Part shown: in pieces, positions 47,136 through 56,397 of the stretch
How positions within the stretch are numbered: position 1 is the first letter of the stretch
Layout of the letters: each line of letters starts with the position of its first letter
Position numbers and translations under genes: made by a program
NCBI GenBank assembly: GCA_902515745.1
Contig: CABXWB010000006.1
Span: forward strand, 23,117-87,116
Direction of reading: 5' to 3'
DNA from: an uncultured Alphaproteobacteria bacterium
Lineage (GTDB): Bacteria; Pseudomonadota; Alphaproteobacteria; HIMB59; GCA-002718135
Length of the DNA stretch: 64,000 nucleotides
The notes under the pieces: generated by a model
The model's database searches: none
Seen by the model: only the letters and a program-made list of their open reading frames with translations
What the model was told of the DNA's origin: nothing

Positions 47136-47756
47136 ATGACAAAAAGACATAACGCTAAATATAAAATTGATAGAAGGTTAGGTGTTAACTTGTGGGGTAG
47201 ACCTAAAAGCCCTTTTAATAGAAGAAACTCAAAGCCTGGCCAGCATGGTGTGCAAGGACAAAGAAAAAAATTATCAGATTATGGAAATCAGTTATTTGCT
47301 AAGCAAAAACTTAAATTTTATTATGGTGATTTAACTGAAAGACAATTTAGGAATATTTTTAAAAAAGCTTCTAATATTAAAGGTGATACAAGTCAGATTT
47401 TAATTGAACTTTTAGAAAGAAGATTAGATGCTACAGTCTATAGAATGAAATTTGTACCTACAATTTTTTCTGCAAGACAGCTAGTTAATCATGGTCATGT
47501 CAAGGTTAATGGAAAAAGGGTTAATATTCCATCTTATAGTGTTAGTGATGGAGATGAAATCTCAATAAGAGATCAAAGTAAAGAAATTAACATAATTGTT
47601 GAATCAGTTAGTTCTCAAGAAAGAGAAATTCCAGAGTACTTAGAAGTTGATGTAAAAGAGTTAAAAGGTCGTTTTTTAAGAGCACCTCTAATTCATGATG
47701 TTCCTTATCCTGTAACTATGGAACCTAATTTAGTTATTGAGTATTATTCAAGATAA
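47136..47756 (+). CDS. rpsD: 30S ribosomal protein S4
   Basis: [20 protein letters not shown] and LVIEYYSR motifs. Confidence 0.98.
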   Translation: MTKRHNAKYKIDRRLGVNLWGRPKSPFNRRNSKPGQHGVQGQRKKLSDYGNQLFAKQKLKFYYGDLTERQFRNIFKKASNIKGDTSQILIELLERRLDATVYRMKFVPTIFSARQLVNHGHVKVNGKRVNIPSYSVSDGDEISIRDQSKEINIIVESVSSQEREIPEYLEVDVKELKGRFLRAPLIHDVPYPVTMEPNLVIEYYSR

Positions 47757-48633
47757 TTTCTTTTTTATAACTATCATAAATATAAATAATAATTGCTATC
47801 CATATAATTATAAATGATAATAACTTAATTTGTAAAATTTCTTCATTAAGTATAAATACTGAAGTTATAAAATGAAATGTTGGTGCTAAGTAAAATAAAA
47901 CCCCAGCAAGACCTAATTGAATAAATTTTAAACCTAAATTAAAAAAAAATAATGGAAAAATCGTTACAACTCCAGTTAGAATTAAAAATAATGATGTCTT
48001 CAAATCAATACTAAAGATACTATTTTCATTTTGCCAAAATAAATAAAGTAAATATGGGATAGATATTAAAGATATTATGAAAGTTTCATAAAGTAAGCCA
48101 ATTGAAGGATTAACATTAACTTGTTTTCTTAATAATCCATATATTGCCCATGAGGTTCCAATCCAAATTATTAGGAACGGAAATTGATTTAAATTAATAA
48201 ATAAGAATAATATACCTGAAAACATAAGACATACAGATACAAATTTAGGCTTAGTTATTTTTTCATTTAAAAAAAAATAACCAAGAACAATACTTATCAT
48301 TGGAGTAATAAAGTAACCCATTGATGCATCCTGAACTCTTTCTTGTCCTACAGAATAAATAAAACCTGCCCAGTTACCTGCAATAAGAAAAGCTGTAATT
48401 GTTAAAATAAAAATTCTTTTTCTATATTTAAATATTTCAATAAAATTACTTATGTTTGAAATTAAAAGTAATAATAAAAATAAAAAAATAAATGACCAGA
48501 AACCTCTATGAGCTACTACTTCAATAGTCTCAACGTGATTTAATTCATTAAAAAAAAGTGGTTGTGGAAGCCCCCAAAAAATTGCTGCAATACACGAAAA
48601 TATTACACCTTTAGAAAATTTATTATTAAACAA
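47734..48633 (-). CDS. rarD: RarD/EamA family transporter
   Basis: AHR..WS, ASMGYFI.P, YGLLRK and Y.AP motifs. Confidence 0.85.
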   Translation of the reverse strand: MFNNKFSKGVIFSCIAAIFWGLPQPLFFNELNHVETIEVVAHRGFWSFIFLFLLLLLISNISNFIEIFKYRKRIFILTITAFLIAGNWAGFIYSVGQERVQDASMGYFITPMISIVLGYFFLNEKITKPKFVSVCLMFSGILFLFINLNQFPFLIIWIGTSWAIYGLLRKQVNVNPSIGLLYETFIISLISIPYLLYLFWQNENSIFSIDLKTSLFLILTGVVTIFPLFFFNLGLKFIQLGLAGVLFYLAPTFHFITSVFILNEEILQIKLLSFIIIWIAIIIYIYDSYKKEIILNNTQ

Positions 48634-48634
48634 T

Positions 48635-48976
48635 CTAAGATGGGTTTACGTCTATTCCATTTGTATTGAATAATTCTAATAATTCACCACTTTCAAACAT
48701 TTCAGTTATAATATCACACCCACCTATAAATTCTTTCTTAACATAAAGTTGCGGTATAGTTGGCCAATTAGAATATATTTTAATACCCTCTCTCATTTCG
48801 TCACTCTCTAACACATTCACACTTCCAAATTTTACACCTACTTTATTTAATATTTCAACTACTCTGGCAGAAAATCCACACATTGGAAATACAGGGGTAC
48901 CTTTCATAAAAAGCATTACATCATTTGAGTTAATTTCATTTTCTATATTTTGAGATACATGGTCGTTATTATTCAT
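48635..48976 (-). CDS. grxD: Monothiol glutaredoxin (Grx4)
   Basis: KGTP..PMCGFS, WPTIPQLY and GGCD motifs. Confidence 0.96.
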   Translation of the reverse strand: MNNNDHVSQNIENEINSNDVMLFMKGTPVFPMCGFSARVVEILNKVGVKFGSVNVLESDEMREGIKIYSNWPTIPQLYVKKEFIGGCDIITEMFESGELLELFNTNGIDVNPS

Positions 48977-48978
48977 TA

Positions 48979-49209
48979 TTACTCCGATACAGTTTTTAGT
49001 TTAAGTGCGTGCAAATCACTACCCATTTTACCATTAAAAGCATCATAAACCATCTTATGTTGTTCTACTCTTGTTTTTCCAGTGAAAGATTTTGATGTTA
49101 CTGTAGCGCTGTAATGGTCACCATCCCCTTTAAGATCTTCAATTTCAACAGTTGCATCTGGTATAGCTTCTTTAATAAATTGTTCAATTTGTTTAACAGT
49201 CATTGGCAT
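48979..49209 (-). CDS. BolA/IbaG family protein
   Basis: GDGDHY, F.GK.RV.QH and LHAL motifs; adjacent to grxD. Confidence 0.93.
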   Translation of the reverse strand: MPMTVKQIEQFIKEAIPDATVEIEDLKGDGDHYSATVTSKSFTGKTRVEQHKMVYDAFNGKMGSDLHALKLKTVSE

Positions 49210-49246
49210 AAATATAAAATAGTTCAGATATTAAAAAAAATAAAGA

Positions 49247-50539
49247 CTATTTAATTTTATTTTTGAAAATCCAATCTATTTTCTTAAGATCGTTATCATC
49301 TTTAATGATTTTTTCGATTTCTTTTGTATTTAATTTTTTGTTCAATTCTTTATTTTTTTTTAAAACTTGGGAAAAATTCTTATTATTATTCCATGTTTCC
49401 ATGGCACTTTCTTGAACAATTTTATAAGCTTGTTGTCTTTTCAATCCTTTTTCAATTAATTTTAACATAATATTGTGAGTTCTATGTAATCCCCCAAGCA
49501 TATTCAAATTTTTCAACATATTTTTTGGATAGACTTTTAAATTCTTTATAATGTCATTTAAACGACTCAGTGCAAAATCAGTTGCAATTGTAATATCTGG
49601 GGTAGTGATTCTTTCAACACTAGAATGACTAATATCTCTCTCGTGCCAAAGTACGACATTTTCTAGTGAAGGTATTACACCACTTCTAATATATCGTGAA
49701 ATACCTGTTAAGTTCTCACTCAACACCGGATTACGTTTGTGAGGCATTGCAGAAGAACCCTTTTGCTTAGAAGAAAAACTTTCTTCAACTTCTAATACCT
49801 CTGTTTTTTGCAAATTTCGAATTTCAACAGCAAATCTCTCAATAGAAGATGCTAAAATTCCTAGTACTGAGAAAAAATACGCATGCCTATCTCTTGGAAT
49901 TATTTGAGTTGATACATCTTCAGAATTTAGTTTAAGTTTTTTTGCTACATAATCTTGTACTCGTGGGTTTATAGAATTAAATGTTCCAACAGGTCCAGAA
50001 ATAGCACAAACAGATATCTCGTTGATCGCCTGATCAAGTCTTTCTAAATTTCTTTTAAACTCAAAATAAAATGAAGATAATTTTAATCCAAAAGTAATAG
50101 GCTCAGCGTGTATTCCATGACTTCTTCCAATCATTAATGTATCTTTATATTTTTTAGATTTGATTTTTAAACTTTCAATACATTCTACTAAATTTCTTCG
50201 TATTATTTCAGAGGTTTGTTTAAGTTGTACAGAAAATGAAGTATCAATAATATCACTTGATGTTACACCAAAATGAAAATACTTTGATGATTCGCCAATA
50301 TATTTGCTTACATTATTAATATAAGCAACAACATCATGCTTTGTTTCTTTTTCAATTTTTTCTATTTCTTTAACATTGAATTTAGCTTTTTTTCTTATTT
50401 CTTTTGCAGCTTTTTTTGGAATAACGCCGAGCATTGCTTGTTTTTCTGCAATCAAACACTCAATCTCTGTCCAAATTGTAAATTTATTTTCTAAAGACCA
50501 AATCTTTTCAATTTTAGGTCTATTATATCTAGGTATCAT
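49247..50539 (-). CDS. purB: Adenylosuccinate lyase
   Basis: MIPRY, TSSD, GRSHGIHAEP and GSSAMPHKRNP motifs. Confidence 0.97.
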   Translation of the reverse strand: MIPRYNRPKIEKIWSLENKFTIWTEIECLIAEKQAMLGVIPKKAAKEIRKKAKFNVKEIEKIEKETKHDVVAYINNVSKYIGESSKYFHFGVTSSDIIDTSFSVQLKQTSEIIRRNLVECIESLKIKSKKYKDTLMIGRSHGIHAEPITFGLKLSSFYFEFKRNLERLDQAINEISVCAISGPVGTFNSINPRVQDYVAKKLKLNSEDVSTQIIPRDRHAYFFSVLGILASSIERFAVEIRNLQKTEVLEVEESFSSKQKGSSAMPHKRNPVLSENLTGISRYIRSGVIPSLENVVLWHERDISHSSVERITTPDITIATDFALSRLNDIIKNLKVYPKNMLKNLNMLGGLHRTHNIMLKLIEKGLKRQQAYKIVQESAMETWNNNKNFSQVLKKNKELNKKLNTKEIEKIIKDDNDLKKIDWIFKNKIK

Positions 50540-50547
50540 TTATTTAC

Positions 50548-51342
50548 TTATACATCCTTTATTGGAAAAGCTGTATTATTTTTAGACAATGTAAATATTT
50601 CATTTCCTTCTTCTGTTATTCCAATTGTATGCTCGAATTGAGCAGATAAAGATTTATCTTTTGTTACAGCTGTCCATCCATCATTCAATATTTTTGTTTG
50701 CCATCCACCTAAATTAATCATTGGTTCAATTGTTAAAAACATTCCAGGTTCTAATATTGGTCCCTCACCTGGTTCTCCAAAGTGCAAAACACTTGGTGGA
50801 GTATGAAATTCTTTTCCAATTCCATGACCACAAAAATCTCTTACCACAGAATAACCTTTTCCTTCTGCAAGTTTCTGAATTTTATTTCCTATATTACCAA
50901 TATGCTTACCAGGTTTAGCTTCACTAATACCAATTAATAAAGATTCATAAGTTATTTTCAAAAATTCATAATTTTTTTTATTTGTTTTGCCTGCAACAAA
51001 CATTCTCGAACTATCACCATGCCAACCATTTAGAATAACTGTTACATCTACATTTACTATATCACCATTAGATAGAATTTTTCTTTCAGAGGGAATTCCA
51101 TGACAAACAACATGATTTACAGATGTACAAACTGATTTTGGGAAACCTTTATAATTTAAGGGAGCAGGAATTGCTTTATTTTTAATAATTTGATCATGAC
51201 ATATGTCATTTATTTCTTGAGTACTTATTCCTGGAACAATCTTTTCACTTAAAGAATCTAGAACATCAGCAGCTAAAGAACCAGCCTCCCTCATGCCCTC
51301 AAAATCTTTTTTCGTATGTATTGGGATATTGTTGTTTCTCAT
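50548..51342 (-). CDS. map: Methionine aminopeptidase type I
   Basis: CHGIP, DVT...WHGD, GHGIG, EPM and AQFEHT motifs. Confidence 0.97.
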   Translation of the reverse strand: MRNNNIPIHTKKDFEGMREAGSLAADVLDSLSEKIVPGISTQEINDICHDQIIKNKAIPAPLNYKGFPKSVCTSVNHVVCHGIPSERKILSNGDIVNVDVTVILNGWHGDSSRMFVAGKTNKKNYEFLKITYESLLIGISEAKPGKHIGNIGNKIQKLAEGKGYSVVRDFCGHGIGKEFHTPPSVLHFGEPGEGPILEPGMFLTIEPMINLGGWQTKILNDGWTAVTKDKSLSAQFEHTIGITEEGNEIFTLSKNNTAFPIKDV

Positions 51343-51399
51343 TTAAAAAATTATTACTTACGATTAATAAATAATATATAGAAAATATCAATTAATCAT

Positions 51400-52146
51400 A
51401 TGAGTTCTTTTACTGCAGGAGTTATTGTTATTGGTGATGAAATACTTTCTGGCAGAACTCAAGATACAAACTCAAATTATATTGCAAAAAAATTATTAGA
51501 AGCTGGAATTAAGTTAGAAGAAGTTATTGTTATTCAGGATGAGAAAAAAACAATAATAGAAAATGTTTTAAAATATAGCTCAAAATATTCTTATGTTTTT
51601 ACTACTGGAGGAATTGGACCAACTCATGATGATATAACTTCAGAAAGTATATCTGAAGCCTTTAATTTACAATATGAAACAAATAAAATGGCATTTGAAA
51701 TTCTTGAAAATTATTATCCAAAAGGTGAATTTAATGAAAGTAGACAAAGAATGGCCAAAATGCCATATGGTTCTGAGCTTATTTTAAATCCAATGACTGC
51801 TGCACCAGGATTTATTATAAAAAATATTTATGTTTTACCAGGTGTGCCAGAAATAATGCAAGTTATGTTTGAGGAATTATTGAAAAAAATTAAAAAAGGT
51901 AACCCAAAACTTGTTACAACAATTAATACTAATTTATACGAAAGTAAAATTGCAAAAAATTTAAAAAATATTCAAAACAATTATGCAAATGCATCAATCG
52001 GTAGTTACCCATATTTTAATCTTGCAGCTAAAACAGGTGGTGTTAACATAGTTGTTTCATCATGGGATATGAAATCTATCCAACCAATAGTTGATGATAT
52101 AACTAAGATGATTGAATTAAATGGTGGAAAAAGTTCTATAGTTTGA
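51400..52146 (+). CDS. CinA-like molybdopterin-binding domain protein
   Basis: IGDEILSGRTQD.N, GGIGPTHDDIT and PGVP motifs. Confidence 0.9.
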   Translation: MSSFTAGVIVIGDEILSGRTQDTNSNYIAKKLLEAGIKLEEVIVIQDEKKTIIENVLKYSSKYSYVFTTGGIGPTHDDITSESISEAFNLQYETNKMAFEILENYYPKGEFNESRQRMAKMPYGSELILNPMTAAPGFIIKNIYVLPGVPEIMQVMFEELLKKIKKGNPKLVTTINTNLYESKIAKNLKNIQNNYANASIGSYPYFNLAAKTGGVNIVVSSWDMKSIQPIVDDITKMIELNGGKSSIV

Positions 52147-52162
52147 TATTAGTCCAAAATTA

Positions 52163-52247
52163 GGCCTCGTGGTGGAATGGTAGACACAAAGGACTTAAAA
52201 TCCTTGCCCTTTTGGGAGTGCCGGTTCAAGTCCGGCCGAGGCTACCA
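52163..52247 (+). tRNA. tRNA-Leu(TAA)
   Basis: Acceptor stem GGCCTCG/CGAGGCT, anticodon arm AAGGA-CTTAAAA-TCCTT, long variable arm, GTTCAAG T-loop, encoded CCA. Confidence 0.97.
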
Positions 52248-52258
52248 ATCTCTAAATT

Positions 52259-52633
52259 ATGTTTGCTTTTATTACAATTGGAACAAATAATTTAAAAAAA
52301 TCATCTGTGTTTTATAATAAAATTTTAAAACCTCTAAAAATTAAAAAAGTTTTATCTCATAATCGATATTATGGTTATGCTAAAAAAGAAACTCCTAAAA
52401 AAATAGAATTATACTTGATTAGACCTCATAACAAAAAAAAAGCAACCATAGGAAATGGTACAATGATCACTTTTAAAGCTAATTCTAAAAAAACTGTTAA
52501 TGAATTTTATAAAATTGGAATTAGTCTTGGAGCAAAAGATGAAGGAATGCCTGGGCCCAGACATGGTAAAGATTATTATGCATATTTAAGGGATTTAGAT
52601 GGCAACAAGATTTGTATTTTTAAAAAAATTTGA
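52259..52633 (+). CDS. VOC/glyoxalase family protein
   Basis: ITIGTN, ATIGNGTM, DEG.PGPR and Y.AY.RD.DGNK motifs. Confidence 0.9.
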   Translation: MFAFITIGTNNLKKSSVFYNKILKPLKIKKVLSHNRYYGYAKKETPKKIELYLIRPHNKKKATIGNGTMITFKANSKKTVNEFYKIGISLGAKDEGMPGPRHGKDYYAYLRDLDGNKICIFKKI

Positions 52634-52635
52634 TC

Positions 52636-53394
52636 TTAAAAATTAAATTGTTCATTCAAAATTTTATCTTCAATAGAGTGTTTACTATCGAACAATACAG
52701 TGCATTTATTTTCATCTGAAGATACAATATTGACTCTACTAATATTTCTAAACTCAACATTGTCTGCAGTTACGCTAGATGAGCGTTCATCATTATTTAA
52801 CACTTCAAAATCAATTTTACTAATTTCAGATAACAGAGCACCTCTCCATCTCCTTGGTCTAAAGGCACTGATTGGAGTTAATGCAAGTATTTTTGAGTCT
52901 AAAGGTAAAATGCTACCATGTGCGGATAGATTATAAGCTGTACTTCCAGCTGATGTAGATAACAAAACGCCATCACATATCAATTCTTCCATTTTTACTT
53001 TCTCATTTATTTTGATTTTAATTTTTGATGCTAAATGAGTCTGCCTCATAAGAGAAACTTCATTATATGCATATGCCTCAAAGATTTCATTATTAACACT
53101 TTGTGCAATCATTTTTAATGGTTTAAATGTAGATTTTTTAGCTTTGGCAATCATATCATTTAAATTTTCATTACTTAGATTATTCATTAAAAAACCAATT
53201 GAACCAAAGTTTATTCCAAAAAAAGGTTTGTTTAACTTATTAAAATTATGAAGTGATTTTAAAAGCAATCCATCGCCTCCAATTGGAATAATGTAGTCGG
53301 CGTCTTCAACAGAATTTTGCCCAAATAATTCTATTAGTTTTTTTTCTGTATTTTTTGCCTCAGGATTGTTTGATGATAAAAAATGAAATTTCAT
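52636..53394 (-). CDS. nadK: NAD kinase
   Basis: GGDG, G.IGFL, NE and DG..ST.AGSTAYNLSA motifs. Confidence 0.93.
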   Translation of the reverse strand: MKFHFLSSNNPEAKNTEKKLIELFGQNSVEDADYIIPIGGDGLLLKSLHNFNKLNKPFFGINFGSIGFLMNNLSNENLNDMIAKAKKSTFKPLKMIAQSVNNEIFEAYAYNEVSLMRQTHLASKIKIKINEKVKMEELICDGVLLSTSAGSTAYNLSAHGSILPLDSKILALTPISAFRPRRWRGALLSEISKIDFEVLNNDERSSSVTADNVEFRNISRVNIVSSDENKCTVLFDSKHSIEDKILNEQFNF

Positions 53395-54386
53395 TATCCA
53401 CCTGTTACGTTCATGTGTCTTTTCATATATTTATTAATCTTTGCTCCAATCATAAAATCATGTTGTTTTGGTTTAATATTAAGAGCAAATTTAATTTTTT
53501 CTTTTATATGATCATCACTATAATCTTTTCTCATTATATCTCTAAAATCAACAAAGTCATTCTGACCAAGGCACATAAAAAGTTTACCAGTGCTTGATAT
53601 TCTTACCCTATTGCAAGAGTCACAAAAATTATTTGTTAGAGGACTTATAAACCCAATTTTATTAGACACCAAATCACTAGTATAAAATCTAGCTGGGCCT
53701 CCAGTACTGTAATCAATTTTAGAAAAATTATATATTTTGTCTAGTTTTTCAAAAGTGTCAGATAGTGAGATAAACTGATATTCTCTTGATATATCTGTTT
53801 CTTCCATTGGCATTACTTCAATAAATGTAAGATCAATTTTTTTATTACTAGTCCAATTTATTAATTCTTCAATTTCATTTTCATTAAAATCTTTAATTAC
53901 TACAGTATTAATTTTAATTTTAATGTTGTTATCAAGTGCTTCATTAATTCCATCAAAAACTTTTTCAATATTTCCAAATCTTGTTATTTTATTATATTTT
54001 TCAGGATTAATTGTATCTAGAGAAACATTAATCCTATTAATACCATTTAGCTTCAGTAGTTTTGCATATTTTTTTAATAATGTACCATTTGTTGTCAGTG
54101 TTATTTCCTTTAGATTTGTTTTTTCTTTTTTGCTATTAAGTTTTTCAATTAATTTTATAATATCATTTCTTACCAAAGGCTCACCCCCAGTTAACCTAAT
54201 TTTTTCAACTCCGAGTTCTATAAAGTTGTCACATAATCTTTCAATTTCTTCTAAAGTGAGTATGTCTTTTCGAGGGAGAAATTGCATTTTTTCTTTCATA
54301 CAATAAACACATCTCAGATCACATCTATCTGTAACAGATACTCTTAGATAATTTACTTTTCTTAAATACTGATCAATTAGTTTCAT
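53394..54386 (-). CDS. moaA: GTP 3',8-cyclase
   Basis: YLRVSVTDRCDLRCVYC, TGGEP, FCDSCNRVR and C-terminal GG. Confidence 0.96.
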   Translation of the reverse strand: MKLIDQYLRKVNYLRVSVTDRCDLRCVYCMKEKMQFLPRKDILTLEEIERLCDNFIELGVEKIRLTGGEPLVRNDIIKLIEKLNSKKEKTNLKEITLTTNGTLLKKYAKLLKLNGINRINVSLDTINPEKYNKITRFGNIEKVFDGINEALDNNIKIKINTVVIKDFNENEIEELINWTSNKKIDLTFIEVMPMEETDISREYQFISLSDTFEKLDKIYNFSKIDYSTGGPARFYTSDLVSNKIGFISPLTNNFCDSCNRVRISSTGKLFMCLGQNDFVDFRDIMRKDYSDDHIKEKIKFALNIKPKQHDFMIGAKINKYMKRHMNVTGG

Positions 54387-54570
54387 TTATATTAATTATT
54401 TTTAATTCAACTTCTCTAGGGTTTATAGTTTTTTTTCCAACATTTTCAAAATTAATTGTAACGATATTATTAATACATGATTGTACTTGACCAATTCCCC
54501 ATTCTTTTTCTTTACTGACATTTACAACAAAAGTACCTGGTGTAAGATCACCTATATAAAAATCTGACAT
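54373..54570 (-). CDS. DUF3553-like small protein
   Basis: WGIGQVQS...TINFENVGK motif. Confidence 0.75.
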   Translation of the reverse strand: MSDFYIGDLTPGTFVVNVSKEKEWGIGQVQSCINNIVTINFENVGKKTINPREVELKIININETN

Positions 54571-54580
54571 TTAAAAAAAA

Positions 54581-54988
54581 TTAACTAATTCTTTTTTCTG
54601 CTTTTTCATGCATTTCTTGAGCTTCTAAACTCAATGTTGCAACTGGTCTTGCCTCTAATCTTTTGATACTAATTGGATCACCTGTTTCATCGCAATAACC
54701 ATATGAACCATCTTCAATTCTTTGAAGGGCGGCATCAATTTTATTAATTAGCTTTCTTTCTCTATCTCTAGTTCTAAGTTCGAAAGATCTATCTATTTCT
54801 TCAGATGCTCTATCAGTGATATCGGGTTTTGCTTCATTCTCATTCTGAAGATTATTTAAAGTTTGAGATGACTCCTTGAGCAAATCTTTTTTCCAACTTA
54901 CTAATTTTTGCCTAAAATATTCTTTCATTTTGGCATTCATGAATTTTTCTTTCTGAGTTGGTTTATAATTTTTAGATAATTTAGTCAT
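54581..54988 (-). CDS. dksA: RNA polymerase-binding protein DksA
   Basis: D..DRAS.E, RDRERKLI.KI, YGYC and RLEARP motifs; ATG 54988 preferred. Confidence 0.95.
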   Translation of the reverse strand: MTKLSKNYKPTQKEKFMNAKMKEYFRQKLVSWKKDLLKESSQTLNNLQNENEAKPDITDRASEEIDRSFELRTRDRERKLINKIDAALQRIEDGSYGYCDETGDPISIKRLEARPVATLSLEAQEMHEKAEKRIS

Positions 54989-55102
54989 AATTTTAAAACG
55001 CTGCTGATTTATCAAATGATTTTATTTATTCAAGCAATATTGAAATATTATTAATTATAAATAATTCATATTTTTCAATATTTTAATTAAATTTTTATAA
55101 AA

Positions 55103-55143
55103 GAACAAAAATAGAACTTTTAAAAATAGAACAAAACGTGTAC
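55103..55143 (+). promoter_or_regulatory. Two alphaproteobacterial LexA (SOS) boxes upstream of recA
   Basis: GAAC-AAAAATA-GAAC (55103-55117) and GAAC-AAAACGT-GTAC (55129-55143). Confidence 0.85.
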
Positions 55144-55202
55144 AAGTAAACATGATTTGCAAGAATCTTAATTAAAACATAGGAAATTAATGGAGAAATG
55201 TA

Positions 55203-56312
55203 ATGTCTCAAGCTAAATTAAAAGTAGTAAATAACGAAAATTCAATGGATAAAGAAAACAGAAGTAAATCTCTAGAAGCCGCTGTAAGCCTAATAGAGAA
55301 AAATTATGGAAAAGGCTCAATAATGAAATTGGGCTCTAAAACAAATGTAGATATTGAAGCAATATCTACCGGTTCATTAGGGCTTGATATAGCTCTTGGT
55401 ATTGGAGGAGTTCCAAAGGGGAGAATTATTGAAATTTATGGTCCTGAAAGTTCTGGTAAAACTACTTTAGCCACTCATATTGTTGCAGAGTCACAAAAAC
55501 AAGGCGGAAATTGCGCATTTATAGATGCTGAGCATGCTCTAGATCCAGCATATGCAAAGAAATTAGGTGTAAATTTAGAAGAATTATTAATTTCCCAGCC
55601 TGATACAGGTGAACAGGGTTTAGAAATTGCTGATTCTTTAATTAAATCTGGGGGTATTGATGTGCTAGTTATTGACTCAGTTGCGGCACTTGTACCAAGA
55701 GCTGAACTAGAAGGCGATATGGGAGATTCATTACCTGGTTTACAAGCTAGATTGATGAGTCAGGCTTTAAGAAAACTTACAAGCTCTATCGCTCAATCAA
55801 ACACTCTAGTTGTATTTATAAATCAGCTTAGAATGAAAATTGGCGTTATGTTTGGTAGTCCTGAGACAACTACAGGTGGTAATGCTTTAAAATTTTATTC
55901 TTCTGTAAGAATGGATATTAGAAGAATTGGTGCAATTAAAGATAAAGATGAAATAATTGGAAATCAAACTAGAGTAAAGATAGTTAAAAATAAAGTTGCA
56001 CCTCCATTCAAAGTTGTTGAATTTGATATAATGTATGGAGAGGGTATATCTAAATTAGGTGAATTAGTTGATTTAGGTGTCAAAGCAGAAATTATTGATA
56101 AATCTGGATCATGGTTTGCTTATAAAAATACTAAAATAGGACAAGGTAGAGAAAACGTTAAGAACTTTCTTAACGACAATCCCACTATAGCTAAAGAAAT
56201 TGAAAATCAAATTCTGCAAAATGCTGGAATAGTTGAAAAAGCTATGATGGAAGGAAAAGTAGAGAATAAAGAAAAAGAAAAAGAAAAAGAAGCTGAAGAA
56301 ATAAAAGAATAG
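55203..56312 (+). CDS. recA: Recombinase A
   Basis: [17 protein letters not shown] and GGNALKFY motifs. Confidence 0.99.
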   Translation: MSQAKLKVVNNENSMDKENRSKSLEAAVSLIEKNYGKGSIMKLGSKTNVDIEAISTGSLGLDIALGIGGVPKGRIIEIYGPESSGKTTLATHIVAESQKQGGNCAFIDAEHALDPAYAKKLGVNLEELLISQPDTGEQGLEIADSLIKSGGIDVLVIDSVAALVPRAELEGDMGDSLPGLQARLMSQALRKLTSSIAQSNTLVVFINQLRMKIGVMFGSPETTTGGNALKFYSSVRMDIRRIGAIKDKDEIIGNQTRVKIVKNKVAPPFKVVEFDIMYGEGISKLGELVDLGVKAEIIDKSGSWFAYKNTKIGQGRENVKNFLNDNPTIAKEIENQILQNAGIVEKAMMEGKVENKEKEKEKEAEEIKE

Positions 56313-56331
56313 TAAATATTATTTTTGTTTG

Positions 56332-56359
56332 GCGCCTATTTAAAAATAGGCGCTTTTTT
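56332..56359 (+). terminator. Rho-independent terminator after recA
   Basis: GCGCCTATT-TAAA-AATAGGCGC stem-loop followed by TTTTTT. Confidence 0.88.
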
Positions 56360-56397
56360 ATTTAGACAATAGAGTTTTCAAGTTATAATACCTTTTC

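Noticed and set aside
52163-52633. tRNA-Leu as an integration site
   Set aside because: No integrase and no duplicated tRNA 3' end were seen; only a VOC gene lies between it and core genes
54581-54988. DksA with only one of four zinc-finger cysteines
   Set aside because: Zinc-free DksA is the known normal state in many alphaproteobacteria
56262-56309. GAAAAA tandem repeat at the recA 3' end
   Set aside because: It encodes the low-complexity charged RecA tail (KEKEKE) and is not a repeat element
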